Source of the DNA: Chiloscyllium plagiosum
Taxonomy: Eukaryota
Length of the DNA stretch: 56,171 bases
Direction: 5' to 3'
Assembly (NCBI RefSeq): GCF_004010195.1
Contig: NC_057718.1
Coordinates: forward strand, 57,802,042-57,858,212
Part shown: in pieces, positions 36,351-48,379 of the stretch
Layout of the letters: every line of letters begins with the position of its first letter
How positions within the stretch are numbered: position 1 is the stretch's first letter
Translations under genes and position numbers: made by a program
Notes under the pieces: model-generated
What the model saw: the letters and a program-made list of their open reading frames with translations, nothing else
Databases searched by the model: none
What the model was told of the DNA's origin: nothing

Positions 36351-38156
36351 CTTGTATGAATATCTGGTTAACACAGTCTTGAAAATATTCAATAATCTAC
36401 CCTCCACTGCTCTCTTCCTAGGCTATTGATTGAGGGTGGAATCAAACCTGGGTTCCTGGTGTTGTGAGGCAGCAATGCTATTGATTAGTTTCATTCTATT
36501 AAAGTTATAGTATTAATAACTAAATTGTTAATTTTTGTTATAAACCTGATGTCTGATATATTTTATTCTTAAAGTCTAGCTAGGAACCATTGGGGCAATT
36601 TTGAGTGTCATTGAATGTTTTCCATTTATTATAGTATGAATTTGGAGATAGGGAGGCTGATTGATTTGGCTTGCTGTTCCCATGTCATGACATTGTGGAC
36701 TCCTAACGGTCCTCAGTGAAATGGAAATTCTTAACAAATAGATTTATTTAATCAGCTTTATAGATATGGAACATCAACCAGGCAACAGTCTCCTGGAAAT
36801 GCAATGAAATTGTAATTATGTTGAGTGAATACAACATGTTGGAGGTACACACTCTCCTGACAGTTCACTTTAATTGTGTCTTGCTGTTGGCATTTTGTTA
36901 TACATGTAAAAGGACACCCAGATCTCTCTTTACGATAGCATTTTGCAATTTTTCTCCATTTAAATAACATTCTGTTTTTCCTTTCTTCTCTTTATTTGTA
37001 TTCTTTTAACTTGTGGTACTTGGATGGGTTGGGCTTGATAGTAGCCACTAAACAGAGGAAAAAAGTTCCATGGGAAGGCAAGATCTCAATGGTGAATGAG
37101 CAATGGGCAATTGCATCACTGTCCAGCCAGCTAGAACACAGCAGAGTTCTGTACCCAGTTAAAGAAGCTAAAGGCATCTATGTTGCATAGATGTAATTGG
37201 AAAAGAGATAGAAGTATTATCATTCCCATTTCCCTATTCCATCAAGGAAACACAAACTGAAAAAAAAACTGATTTTCTTTTAACAATTTTTGCTCACCTT
37301 TAAGCGCTTAACCTATTTTAATGACAGGAATTCAAAGGAATTAAGAAGTAAATGCAGATATTTCCATTGTATATAGCATGTTTAAATGTCAAAACAATGT
37401 TTAGGAATCATCAACCTTCCATCAAAATTTCAAATAGTTTACATTTATTTATTTAACATGTGTGAAGTTAACAATGTTGAGTTATGCACTGAAGTCCTGG
37501 GAAGGGCCATTCAAGTTGGTTATGAGTTAGTTGGGGAAGGACTGGTGTTGAGGGGGGGTGGTGATGGGGGAACTGAGGACGGATGGAGACAAAGAGATAT
37601 GTAATTGGTGAATGATCAAGATTCCTGGTACATTCCTGTTCTTTCTACTCCATACGACATAACTTCCTGAAATTGGCAGCAGTAGGGAGCACTTTAGGTT
37701 CTCTGGCAGGGTAGACCTGACACATTCACTGCTCATCACAGGCTAAATTATTGCTGGGGTCCTTTAATAGGTTTCAGGTCTCTAACATGTAGATTTAAAG
37801 GATTTAATATCTGTTGTAAAATAAGGTCCACATAAATGTAGACCAAATCTTGCTCAGGTCAGTGACTGATATCAAGTAGAGACAGTTGGGTCGGTAAATT
37901 GTTTTGAGTCCATTTAATGAGCAAACAATGTCAACATTTGATCATTTCTGCCCCAGTAAATTCTTTACCAATTGCTTAACATTCTGACCATATGGTGAAG
38001 TACATTTTGTAAATTTATGGACTAGATATCTGATGCAGCTGTGAAATATTGTGACACGATAATTTTTCCGATATGTTTCTGAATCAATGAAATACTTATG
38101 AAGTGTGGTCATTGTCATTAAGTAGACAAATGCAACAGTTAATTTGTGCAAACAAG

Positions 38157-39088
38157 CAGGGTCTGGAAGAACACAACAAGCAAGGCAGCATCAGGAGGTG
38201 GAGATGTCAACGTTTCTGGGCATAACCCTCCTTCAGGAGGGGTTGGGGTAAGGGAGCCACAGATAAAGAGAGGGAATGGAGCGGTTATGGGTGGGAAGAT
38301 GGGCGGACTGGTGAGGTAGTGATAGGTGAACACAGGTAGAGGGCACAGACTTGTTTGTTGATGGGAGGAATGAACCTGGTTGGTAGCTGGAAGGAAGGCT
38401 CGTTCAGAGGAATGGACTGGAGGAGGCTGCCTCTCCTCCATCGTAGTTTACTGAATACAGTGTTCCTGATGTGGCCTTTTCTACATTGGTGAAATCAAAT
38501 GTAAACTAAGGGAATGTTTCACCGAGCATCTCAGCTGTGCCTGTAAGCACCAACCTGATCTCCTGGTCATAGCCCATATCAATTCCCCATCCCACTCCCT
38601 CTCCGACATGTCCATCCTTGGCCTCCTCCATTTCCACTGCGAATCTGACCACAAATTGGAGGAACACCATCTCATCTTCTGCCTGGACAGCCTGCAGCCT
38701 ATAGGACTCAACATTGAGTTCTCCACTTTAAAAAACATCCCTTCCCATCCCCCACTCCCTTTCCAGCCCCTCTCCCTCCCTTCCCTTCCTCTGACAAACC
38801 TTTCCAGCTACCAAACGGATTCATTCCTCTTATTGACCAACCTGGGGCTGTGCTCTCTACCTGTGTTCACCTATCATTACCATACTATTCCGCCCCTCTC
38901 CCCATCCATAAACCTTCCCCCCAATTTTTATCTGCATCTCCCTCTACCTCTACCCTCAGTCCTGAAGAAGAGTTATACCCGAAACGTTGAACTTCTTCAC
39001 CTCCTGATACTGCCTGGCTTTCTGTGTTCTTCCAGCCTCCTGTTGTCTACTTTGGATTCCAGCGTCTGCAATTCTTTTTATCTCTAAA
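38157..39088 (+). mobile_element. Penelope-like element: inverted terminus (38157-38425) plus GIY-YIG endonuclease relic and terminus (38428-39088)
   Basis: One frame from 38443: VVY*IQCS*CGLFYIGEIKCKLRECFTEHL...HINSPSH..DMSILGL..KLEEHHLIFCLDSLQPIGLN; 18-bp TSD (16/18) at 38139-38156 and 39089-39106. Confidence 0.92.
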
Positions 39089-40276
39089 TTAACTTGTGCA
39101 AGCAAGGTCCAACTCCATATGCTCCATGACGCCTCCATGTTCCAATATCCACCACCATTAATATCTATCCCATGTGCCTATACCATTTTCATGCCCCAAT
39201 ACTCCCATGTATCTACATACCCTCATATCCCTTGCTACCACTATGGCCTCCATACACCTTATCCTTCCCCTATGTCCCTGAAGCCAAGTTAAAAGCCATT
39301 CACATAGTGAAAACTATGACCAGAGAACAGCAGATCCAAGTTAATGATGTTGTGAAAATAAAAGGATTTCATATTAACACAAATAGCATCTAAACATTGG
39401 CTGTACTTTGATATCTGTTGAACAAAATACCCAAACACCAATATCATGTCTTGGCCTCTCAAATTGTTACAAACTATAACTATATTGAAGAGTGGTAGTT
39501 CCAGTTGAGATGTGTTTATAATATTTACCAATTAACTAGCATTGCTAAAACTGTTGACCACATTGATAATTATGGAAAAATGTTATGTGTAAATTAGCTG
39601 CTTCATCACTGCATTGTGTTAGTATCTATACTTCAAAAGTACTTTCTTGACTTTAAAGGATTGTGAAAGATGCTATATAAATGTAAATCTCTCTTGCTGT
39701 CTGCTTCTAGAGCACCAGTGCACTGTGCAGTTTTATCCAAACTGTCTGACCACTTGGATTAGACACTGGAGAGCTGGATGGATGCACACATTTCAGCATA
39801 AAACTACTGCCTGCAGAAGAGTGAAGAGTATTGGAGAAAACTTGAAGAAGAAAGGGTACTAAAAATTTTAAGCATAAATGATTTGGGCATTCAGGAAAAT
39901 TTTGTTCAGAATTTTAATGTGCATAGAACCATAGAGATGGAAGCCAGTAAAGTCTGAATGGACTGAACCAGATTTATTTCAGGGTCCAGCAATTCTCATA
40001 TATCATTTCTTTCACAAAAAATTATATGATCATGACCTCAACTGCAAAAGGCCATAATAACTTGCTCACAAGTGCTTCGGGACGTATTTTTTTCTTCCAT
40101 TGGTGAAATATTATCGTAGTTCAGTGCAAATTGATTTAAGGGCGAAATAATAGAACCATATCAGAAGAGCACTTTTCCAATTTCCTGCAAGCTTTATAAT
40201 GAGCTTGTTATGGCTACCTAGTTGCTGCCCTCAACACTTAAATTGTTTCAATTAATAACTGTTCTCATTTTAAATG

Positions 40277-40495
40277 CAGGTCATTCTGTTAAAACGTGCG
40301 TTTCATCAATGCAAATTCGCTGTAATGCGATTGACGAATTGGGGATGCTGCTTCTGCAGTGTGAACTTCTAAAATGTGTGTTGGCTGTAATGTGATTACA
40401 GCACTAACACATTAACTGCTGTTTCTAAAGTGCTATTTTTCTATAATGTGGGGTTGCACAAAAACGCAACCATTGTGCTACAGAAGAACTGACTG
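40277..40495. mobile_element. Tigger/pogo-like non-autonomous DNA transposon (MITE)
   Basis: CAGgtcattctg...gaagaactgaCTG followed by TA; imperfect terminal inverted repeats; repeated internal gctgtaatgYga motifs. Confidence 0.5.
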
Positions 40496-43400
40496 TACAC
40501 AGAAAGAAAGCAGTTTACTGTTTAGTTTAAACTAAATGGAAAAGTAAAGATTTTTGAGAAAAATAAATCAAAATATATTAGCAGCCATGGCAACTTACGT
40601 AGTAAATTCAAGCTATATGTTTAGTATTCATTATATTTTTAATTGTGATGATATTACAAAATCTGCTCTTTTATAATTTATTCAAACACCCATAGAACGT
40701 TCAGAAAATACATTACCTCAGGACAATGCTATGCCACTTGTTACCTGTAGGGATGTTGTACCTTGAGTGACTACCTCACAATGCCCTGGAATGCTACATC
40801 TTGCATGCACCTGTCAACTTGTACACTGGGGTCAAGGAGGCCTCTGGTAAAGGTAAATGCCAGCTAAGCTCTATAATGTATTCAATGAGCTTAAAACAGA
40901 GTTACAAATATTTAGGTCCCATGAGAGGCTTCTACTCGCAAATCAGATCTTTATGTTAGACGGTCTATAGTTACTTTGGTCTTTTCTATTAGCTGCTTGT
41001 AATTAGTTGAATGCTTCATTGCTGTTGTCAGAGAAAAGAAATTGCCAGAAGTTAATTGAAGCCTTACTGAACATGTTATTTATGCCAGTTTCTTAGGGAT
41101 TGGACATTTTCTTCAGGTTTGGTGTCCCCCTTCATGTTTTCATGTTTTGGGGGAGAAATTGAAAGATCAGAGGAGACATAATACCTGGATGTCTTTTCAC
41201 ATCAGGAGATGAGTTCAGAGCTGTACTTACAAGGTGAATGTAACACCATACCCAGCCTTTCACTTAAGGACATGCAAATGAATCCTATAGATGGGAACTA
41301 TAATTTCCTGATATGGTTGTCACTGGAATTTTCGCACAGCCAGGCATGCACTCCACCTACACAAAATGGTTCACTGTGTCATTCAATGGCATTAGCCTTG
41401 ATGCTTTAGAATAATTTCAATCAACAACATGTAACTCCTGTGTTCCTGGAATAACAACTGAATGTATTTTAATTTAGCTCATAGCCAAAGAACTATCAGA
41501 AAATGAAACATTTTTATAGATCACTAATTGTTATGGATCCTAATGGTATATAGTAAAATGCTTTGACATTGATATTCTCTGGTGTTTGCTGTATGTGTAC
41601 CTTGATACATATGATAGTTCACCATTGAGGAATCCATGTGCTGTGTGTATACAATGTTGTGAATCTGCCTGGCAGTTAGTCTGCTGTAAATTTGCAAGAG
41701 CGCATACAGAAATTATTTAGTTTGCTGCAATATCTATTTCATAACTTACAGTATTTTTCTGTTTTAGATAAACTAACCCACACCATTATTCATTTCTTAA
41801 CACTTGATTGATTATTAGACCATTATTATTAACATGACATTGTTTACTATTTACTATTTGGAAAATTGTATGGAGCATTGTTGCCATTCCCTGTTCTTTC
41901 CCTAGACCTACAGGTGAAACGACAATAACAACTTTGTCATAACTGCTGGTCCTCACGTCCTGTCTTGTGGTCATTCACTAACTAAATTCCCTGTGAATAG
42001 AGATACAGTCGAGTGGACTGATCTTGAATTATCGTGCAACTATGGGTCAGCTTGTTTCATTGCTGGCACAAGCAGTCCCTGACAAGCAGATAACTTGGCA
42101 CTCAGACTATCTTTTGGCCTCCATAGTTTCTCACAAACATTTATCATATTTCCAGCTCCCTCTGAGCAATGACACAAGTGATCTACCAACATATTTAAAT
42201 TGTCTTTAATCTCATTTTCTATTTTGGAATCTCCTCCTACTGCTACATAGAATTATTGCGAAGTCTTGCATATCTCAGTTAAATTAGAGTACCCATGACC
42301 CTATCACTAAATTAGAGTATGACAAAATGTTATACTTATGGTATCCATCTAACTGTAATTAAAATAAGTATGTTTTTTTTCAATTATGTAAAATAAAACA
42401 GTAAAGAAACAACTACTCAACTTGGATCAAAAATTATAAATATGTTCCTAATAGTATCATGGCATCATAATAAATTCTATAACATTTTGTAAATTTTCAA
42501 ATTTATGATCTATTTTGTAGATTTAACAAATCATGATGTTGTGCACTGCAGTTGTACAGATGTCAGCTTTTCATCTTCAATACAATTTTTTATGGTCAAG
42601 CAGATGAAGACAATTACTAGTGATGATATTAATTTGCAGTAATCTTTCTTCATGTGAATCATGGTTTTCCAAAGGATGTTGGATGATTTTGAGCTGAAAG
42701 ATTTTGAAAGAAACTGTAGGAAAAGGTCATGGGAATTGGAGTAGCTGAGTTACTTATGCAGAGAGCAAGTAAAAACGTAATAAGCCAAATAGCCTTATCA
42801 GGACTGCATTATCATGTAAGACTCTGGCAATGGTAAACCAGAAGTCAATGTATAAAAATACATGGCAAACACGACCAGAACAGAAAGACATTTCCCTATA
42901 TTGGTCTTTGACTATTGGTTACTACCAGGAGACATAGCTGAGCAATAACTTTTTTTTTGTTAAAAATCACTCAATATTCCATTGTAAAATGTGTTTAAAA
43001 ATCTTACACTGTAATAACCCAGTAGGAACTCATAATAAAAGTTTCAACAGTCAAGTGCAATATCTATGATGCCTGGAGATGTGGCAGTTGGTTTAAAAAA
43101 GTGATAAATGTGACATAATGTTTGTTGCTAAAAATTAGCAGCTGTGTAAAAGCTCAGGAAACTAATACTAAAGAAATTCTGAGATTCTGTACACAGTAAG
43201 CTGTTTTGGCCACTGCATGTCACTATAGAGCATTTGTTTCGAGCAGACTGGTACAGGGAAATAAATCAGGTAACTGATAAGTGTTGTAAATAAATCTGGT
43301 TTTGTAGTTTTTCTTTGCCCTCTGTCATCTCTTCACCCCTTTGAGATTTTTGACTTTGCCTGCTCTCACTTTCTGAACAGTCATCTATCCCACAGACTTT

Positions 43401-43789
43401 TAAATGCTAGAAAACCAGATTCCCAGCCTTGGGAATGGCCCTTGTCTTTTCAGTCAAGCCCCATCCCCATATGGCCTCCAACATCTCCAAGGGGACTGGA
43501 CACCTCTTCAACTCACCCCTCTGTTGTGCAGCATCTTTTGTCCTGCCACTCGCTAATCACTGAATATTGAATGCTATGAAATTCCACTCTCCTACTCCCA
43601 GAACTTACGTCAGCTGCAGCAGCCTGATATTCAACAACTTATTAAGGCATTGGCATCTTCTCTAAGTAATATAAATGAGGCTTGAAATCAAATTTCAAGA
43701 CAGATCTGCCAAAAAATGTTTTGGCTCTAACATTCTAGACTTAAACCTTGCAATATTTACTTTGTAATATCTAGTTTCATAACCAGTAA

Positions 43790-44100
43790 ATGCTGGAACA
43801 GGGAATATAGGTGGTGTGGCAGTGATGTAGGTGGGAGAGCTGGAATTCTGCAATGTGTGCTTTATGAATTGGACAGGTCACTTGCCTGCAATTTGGTCTG
43901 ATTAAGAGAGTTGCTTTCCAGACACTCAGGAAGACTCCAGGGTAGGTTGCAGGAACAGGTATGGAGCAGCACCAGGGGACACTCCTGCTCCCGCTCCTGC
44001 TGTTGAACAAATTGCGTTTTAAAGACATTGAGCTCCTCACTAAAGTTGTGCTCACCTCTTGTGAAGTGTTGGGTTTCTGAAATCCAGAACCTAGTTGGTT
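43790..44100 (+). mobile_element. Possible very old RTE-like LINE C-terminal fragment
   Basis: Degenerate GQV..., PG... and RFKD (cgttttaaagac at 44015) in RTE-like order. Confidence 0.3.
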
Positions 44101-44339
44101 CTCAGAAACTATCAACCTTCATAAAATAACTAGATCTATCTTCTGGTAACAGCCCCTTATCCCACTTCCACTAATTTGTCAGGTGGGTTGGACTCAGGTT
44201 TCAGTCTTTAAACATTTGACCATCTGTTCCTATTGGGGCTTTAAAATCAAGCTGTATGTTTGCAAGTCCCTTCAGTAGTTTCAGACTGCCTTAACTGTTG
44301 AACTGAAGCATCCTTTTCCATGCTGTATGACTCTATGAC

Positions 44340-44772
44340 ATGCTCTTCAGGCCCTATTTGCTCTCTCAATGCACATTAGCAGACCATGGCAATATTTTGA
44401 AGAGACCATTGGGTTATCCCTAGGGGAGCACTTTTGCCCAAAACGTTGATTTTACTGCTCCTCGGATGCTGCTTAAACTGCTGTGCTTTTCCAGCACCAC
44501 TCTACTCCAGAATCTGGTTTCCAGCATCTGCAGTCATTGTTTTTACCTGGTTATCCCTAGGGTCCTACAAGTATTTATGTCTTAGTATATGTCACAAAAA
44601 TGGATTATTGGATCATAATGAAATTGCAGTTTTTGGGGAATTTTCTGTGCACTCACTGGCTGTCACCTTTCCTGCTTTACACCAGTGGCTACAATTTGGA
44701 AGTTCTTCACTGACTGTAAAGCACTTTGGTCTCATGCAGTCATAGAAGTCAGCTATAGAAATGTAAGTCTTA
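44340..44772 (+). mobile_element. DeuSINE (AmnSINE1/SacSINE1-like) fragment interrupted by a PLE piece
   Basis: aggccctatttgctctctca...ccatggcaatattttgaaga core and cactgactgtaaagcactttgg...gctatagaaatgtaagtc tail; related tails at about 39585-39690(+) and 38075-38150(-). Confidence 0.6.
44426..44548 (+). mobile_element. Short PLE terminus with 14-bp TSD
   Basis: Reverse-complement homolog of 55691-55822; ggttatccctaggg at 44412-44425 and 44549-44562. Confidence 0.85.
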
Positions 44773-45049
44773 TTGTCATTCATACTATAATTTGCCTCTG
44801 TGAGTCTAAGTTACAGAGAAGAAAATTGACACAAAGTTCCCACTGCTGAGTTCTGGAAGTGCACGCATGGGCTTCAAGTAGGGATCATATTAGACTCAAT
44901 GATGATACCTGCTACAGTCAAACAGTCTGTGAATACGCACTGTCAAAATATTGACATGAAGAATATTACATGTGCTATTTACCATAAGATACACAGTGCC
45001 TTTGAAGTCTATCAAAATTTACAGCTCTAGTTACATTCTTGGAGAAGTC

Positions 45050-45240
45050 CAGTAGATTTATCAAGCATGATTTTCCCTTTGTAAATCCATGCTGACTGTA
45101 TCTGATTCTGCCACTAAATTCTCTGCTATAGAAGTGAAGTATGAACTTAGTTCGTCAGACATTTCGTTGTTCCCAATTTTAAATTCCCGAATTTCTGACT
45201 GTAAGGGACCTACATTAGTTTTCACCAAACATTTTCGCTT
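45050..45240 (-). mobile_element. CR1 fragment
   Basis: ccagtagatttatcaagcatgattttccc...gtaagggacctaca closely parallels 46561-46760. Confidence 0.75.
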
Positions 45241-45939
45241 TGCAAAAGCCTTTGGGAGTGAAGGAGAAGAAATTTGGCAAAGGAAATTAATGAGATAAAT
45301 ATCTTAACTTTAAAGAAATCATTTGCTTTTTTTCTATGATGAACTTGTGCAGAAAAGTAGGGTAAAGTTGGCTGACACATGATTTTTGACATGAGGCAGA
45401 TGTAATGATATTAAAAGTTTATGAGAATTTTTTTTGAAGTTTTCATTATGGGAGAGTTACATGTAAACCAGGTGATATAACTGATGCTATTTTATAAGAC
45501 AATCCCACCGTTTTGATTTACTGATGGAAAGGATAGTTTCACTGAGAGTCGGCATACAAGAACTCCTAATTTGACACCAGGCTTGTTTGTTATTACCAGA
45601 TAAAAATTTGTATACTAATTTCTAAGCCTCAAAAATATTAATTTATGCACTTGAAGCCCCAACAAAATAGCAGATGCCAGGCAGGTAAGCTGAAACCCAA
45701 GTTTGAAAGTGCATTGAGATATTTAAAGAAGGTTAGGACTGACAATTTTTTTTTATCCTATTAAGGGTAAAGAGGAAAACTGGCTCCTGGAGAGCTGGGT
45801 TCAGAAATTTTTCATTTTACATACCCATCTGTGTCCATCTCCCATCGATCAATCTTTTCCTCTAAATTTTATCTTCTGCTCTTCAAGTTCAGCTGATTCT
45901 AGCAGTGAGTGTCATTTTAGCCTGCAACACTTAGTTTAA

Positions 45940-47190
45940 ACATAGAAGGTATGAGCAGGAGGAGGCCATTCAGCCCCTCGAGCCGGCTCCATCATTCATT
46001 ATGATCTCACCTTCCCCTCACACCCTTTGATCCCTTTAGCTGCAAGAGTTATACTGACCTCCTTTGTAAAAACACACAATGTTATGGCCTCAACCAATTT
46101 CTGTGGTAATGAATTCCAGAGGCTCACCACTCTCCACATTATGTTGCAACTGCCATGCATTTGCCCATTCACTTAGCCTGTCCAAATCATACTGAATCAT
46201 CTCTGCATTCTCCATCATATCTCACCCTCCATTAACCCTTGCGTCATCTGCAAATTTTGAGATAACACATTTAGTTCCATCATTTAAATCATTAACATAT
46301 ATATTGTGGGGTCCTAGTACCAATCCCTGCAGTAACCCACTAGTCATTGCCTGCCATTCAGAAACAGACTCATTTATTTTGTTAGCAGACAGGAAACAAC
46401 TTTTCAACCCATCTCAATACATTACCCCCAAACCTGTGTGCTTTAATTTTATAACCCAATATCTTATATGGGGCTTTGTTAAAAATCTTCTGGAAGCCCA
46501 AATAAACTGCATCCACTGGTTTCCCATTATCAACTCTACTGATTACTTCTCCGGAGAATTCCAGTAGTTTTATCAAGCATGATTTTCCTTTTGTAAGTCC
46601 ATGCTGACTGTATTTTATTCTACTGCTGTTTTCTAAGTGCTTTGCTTAAAAGACAAAAGTGAAATGTGAATTTAGTTCATCAGCCATTTCTTCATTCCCA
46701 ATTACAAATTCCCCCATTTCTGACTATAAGGGACCTACAATAGTGTTCACCAAACTTTTTCTCTTGATATATCTATAGAAGCCTTTACAGTCAGTTCTTA
46801 CGTTCCTTTTTCCAATGCTATGGCCTCAACCACCTTCACCACTCTCCACATTATACTGCAACTGCCATGCATTTGCCCATTCACTTAGCCTGTCGAAATC
46901 GCACTGAATCATCTCTGCATCCTCCATCACAGCTCACCTTCCATTAAGCCTTGCGTCATCTGCAAAGTTTGAGATAATACATTTAGTTCCATCATCTAAA
47001 TCATTAACATATATATTGTGGGGTCCTAGTACCAATCCCTGCAGCACAGGTCACTTGTTTTTTCTCTTTACAAGCTTATTGATGCTTTTATATAGTCAGT
47101 TCATATGTTCCTTGCAAGCTTGTTCTTCTATTGTTTTCCTTTTCTTAATCAATCTTTTTATCCTCATTTGCTGACTTCTAAAGTGTTTCA
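45940..47190 (-). mobile_element. Rearranged CR1 with internal duplication
   Basis: ORFs 46222 (YVNDLNDGTKCVISKFADDA) and 46382 (PVDAVYLGFQKIFNKAP); 46077-46332 is repeated at 46813-47044. Confidence 0.88.
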
Positions 47191-47450
47191 TTTTCAATTA
47201 TCAATTTCTCTTGGGCCCTTCTTTCCTGCTCCCTGTTAGTACAGGATATAGTCCTGAGACTCAATATACCACAAAATGATTTTACAAAGTATAAATGATA
47301 AAAGTTGTAAATATTTACCTGACCTTACCTACTAACCAGCTATTTTACCAGACCTACTAACTAATAAGCTGTCTCCCTTTAATCTACTCCAGGGTAAGAC
47401 CACTCTGGTTTTCTTGTGGTGTCATTTTTTATTTCTTCTCAGTACGTAGG

Positions 47451-47756
47451 TCATAGAGTCATAGAGTCATCGAGTCATACAGATGTACAGCATGGAAACA
47501 GATCCTTCCATGCCGACCAGATATCCCAACCCAATCTAGTCCCACCTGCCAGCACCCTGCCCATATCCCTCCAAACCCTTCTTATTTATATACCCATCCA
47601 GATGCCTTTTAAATGTTGCAATTGTACCAGCCTCCACCACTTCCTCTAGCAGCTTATTCCTTACACGTACTACCCTCTGCATGAAAAAGTTGCCCCTTAG
47701 GTCCCTTTTATATCTTTCCCCTCTCACCCTAAACCTATGCCCTCTAGTCCTGGATT
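47451..47756 (-). mobile_element. Young CR1 (HER1-like) 3' end
   Basis: ESRTRGHRFRVRGERYKRDLRGNFFMQRVVRV; 8-bp tail repeat (tcatagag)n at 47451-47479. Confidence 0.92.
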
Positions 47757-47769
47757 CCCCCTTGCGTAT

Positions 47770-48143
47770 AAAGTGAGGACTGCAGATGCTGGAGATCAGA
47801 GCTGAAAATGTGTTGCTGGAAAAGCGCAGCAGGTCAGGCAGCATCCAAGGAACAGGAGAATCAGGAAGGGCTTATGCCTGAAACGTCGATTCTCCTGTTC
47901 CTTGGATGCTGCCTGACCTGCTGCGCTTTTCCAGCAACACATTTTCAGCTTCCCCCTTGTGTATCAAGGATCTATACATAGCTTCATGCAGTCACATATA
48001 AAGCTGCAGCATCCAAGGAACAGGAGAATCGACGTTTCGGGCATAAGCCCTTCCTGAAGAAGGGCTTATGCCCAAAACGTCGATTCTCCTGTTCCTTGAA
48101 TGCTGCCTGAACTGCTGCGCTTTTCTAGCTACACATTTTCAGT
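47770..48143. mobile_element. Two consecutive fold-back PLE termini with duplicated flank
   Basis: Perfect 63-bp inverted repeat 47800-47862/47888-47950; 48-bp inverted repeat 48006-48053/48059-48106; 57-bp direct repeat 47950-48006/48144-48200. Confidence 0.92.
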
Positions 48144-48379
48144 TTCCCCCTTGTGTATCAAGGATCTATACACAGCTTCATGCAGTCACATATAAAGCTG
48201 GCCATCAGGATGAGGCCGTCATGGCCTTGATCAAAACCTGGTTGAGGGGTGATGACATAATTTCCCTTAATAAAGTATCCCCCCAGGTGATATCACCTAT
48301 CATTTGCCCAGCCCAGCCCAGCCTATTATCAAAGTGTACTATGGCCTGACTCCCAGGAGCTAGTGTTTTTCCCTTAATT

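Noticed and set aside
38608..39087. 159-aa ORF as a host gene
   Set aside because: The N-terminus is the PLE GIY-YIG tail, with in-frame stops upstream; the rest is read-through of a pyrimidine-rich UTR.
39710..39862. Possible coding exon (ORF 39647..39862)
   Set aside because: Weak donor site, unrecognisable peptide, and the ORF start lies in a SINE tail.
44542..44563. Resemblance to the I-SceI site and to a mitochondrial 16S rRNA stretch (gttatccctagggt)
   Set aside because: The I-SceI likeness is partial and arises at a PLE/TSD junction; there is no further mitochondrial-like sequence in the flanks.
47800..48200. CRISPR-like or pre-miRNA-like repeat array
   Set aside because: The repeats are inverted PLE termini also found at 2525 and 28248; there is no spacer architecture and no cas gene.
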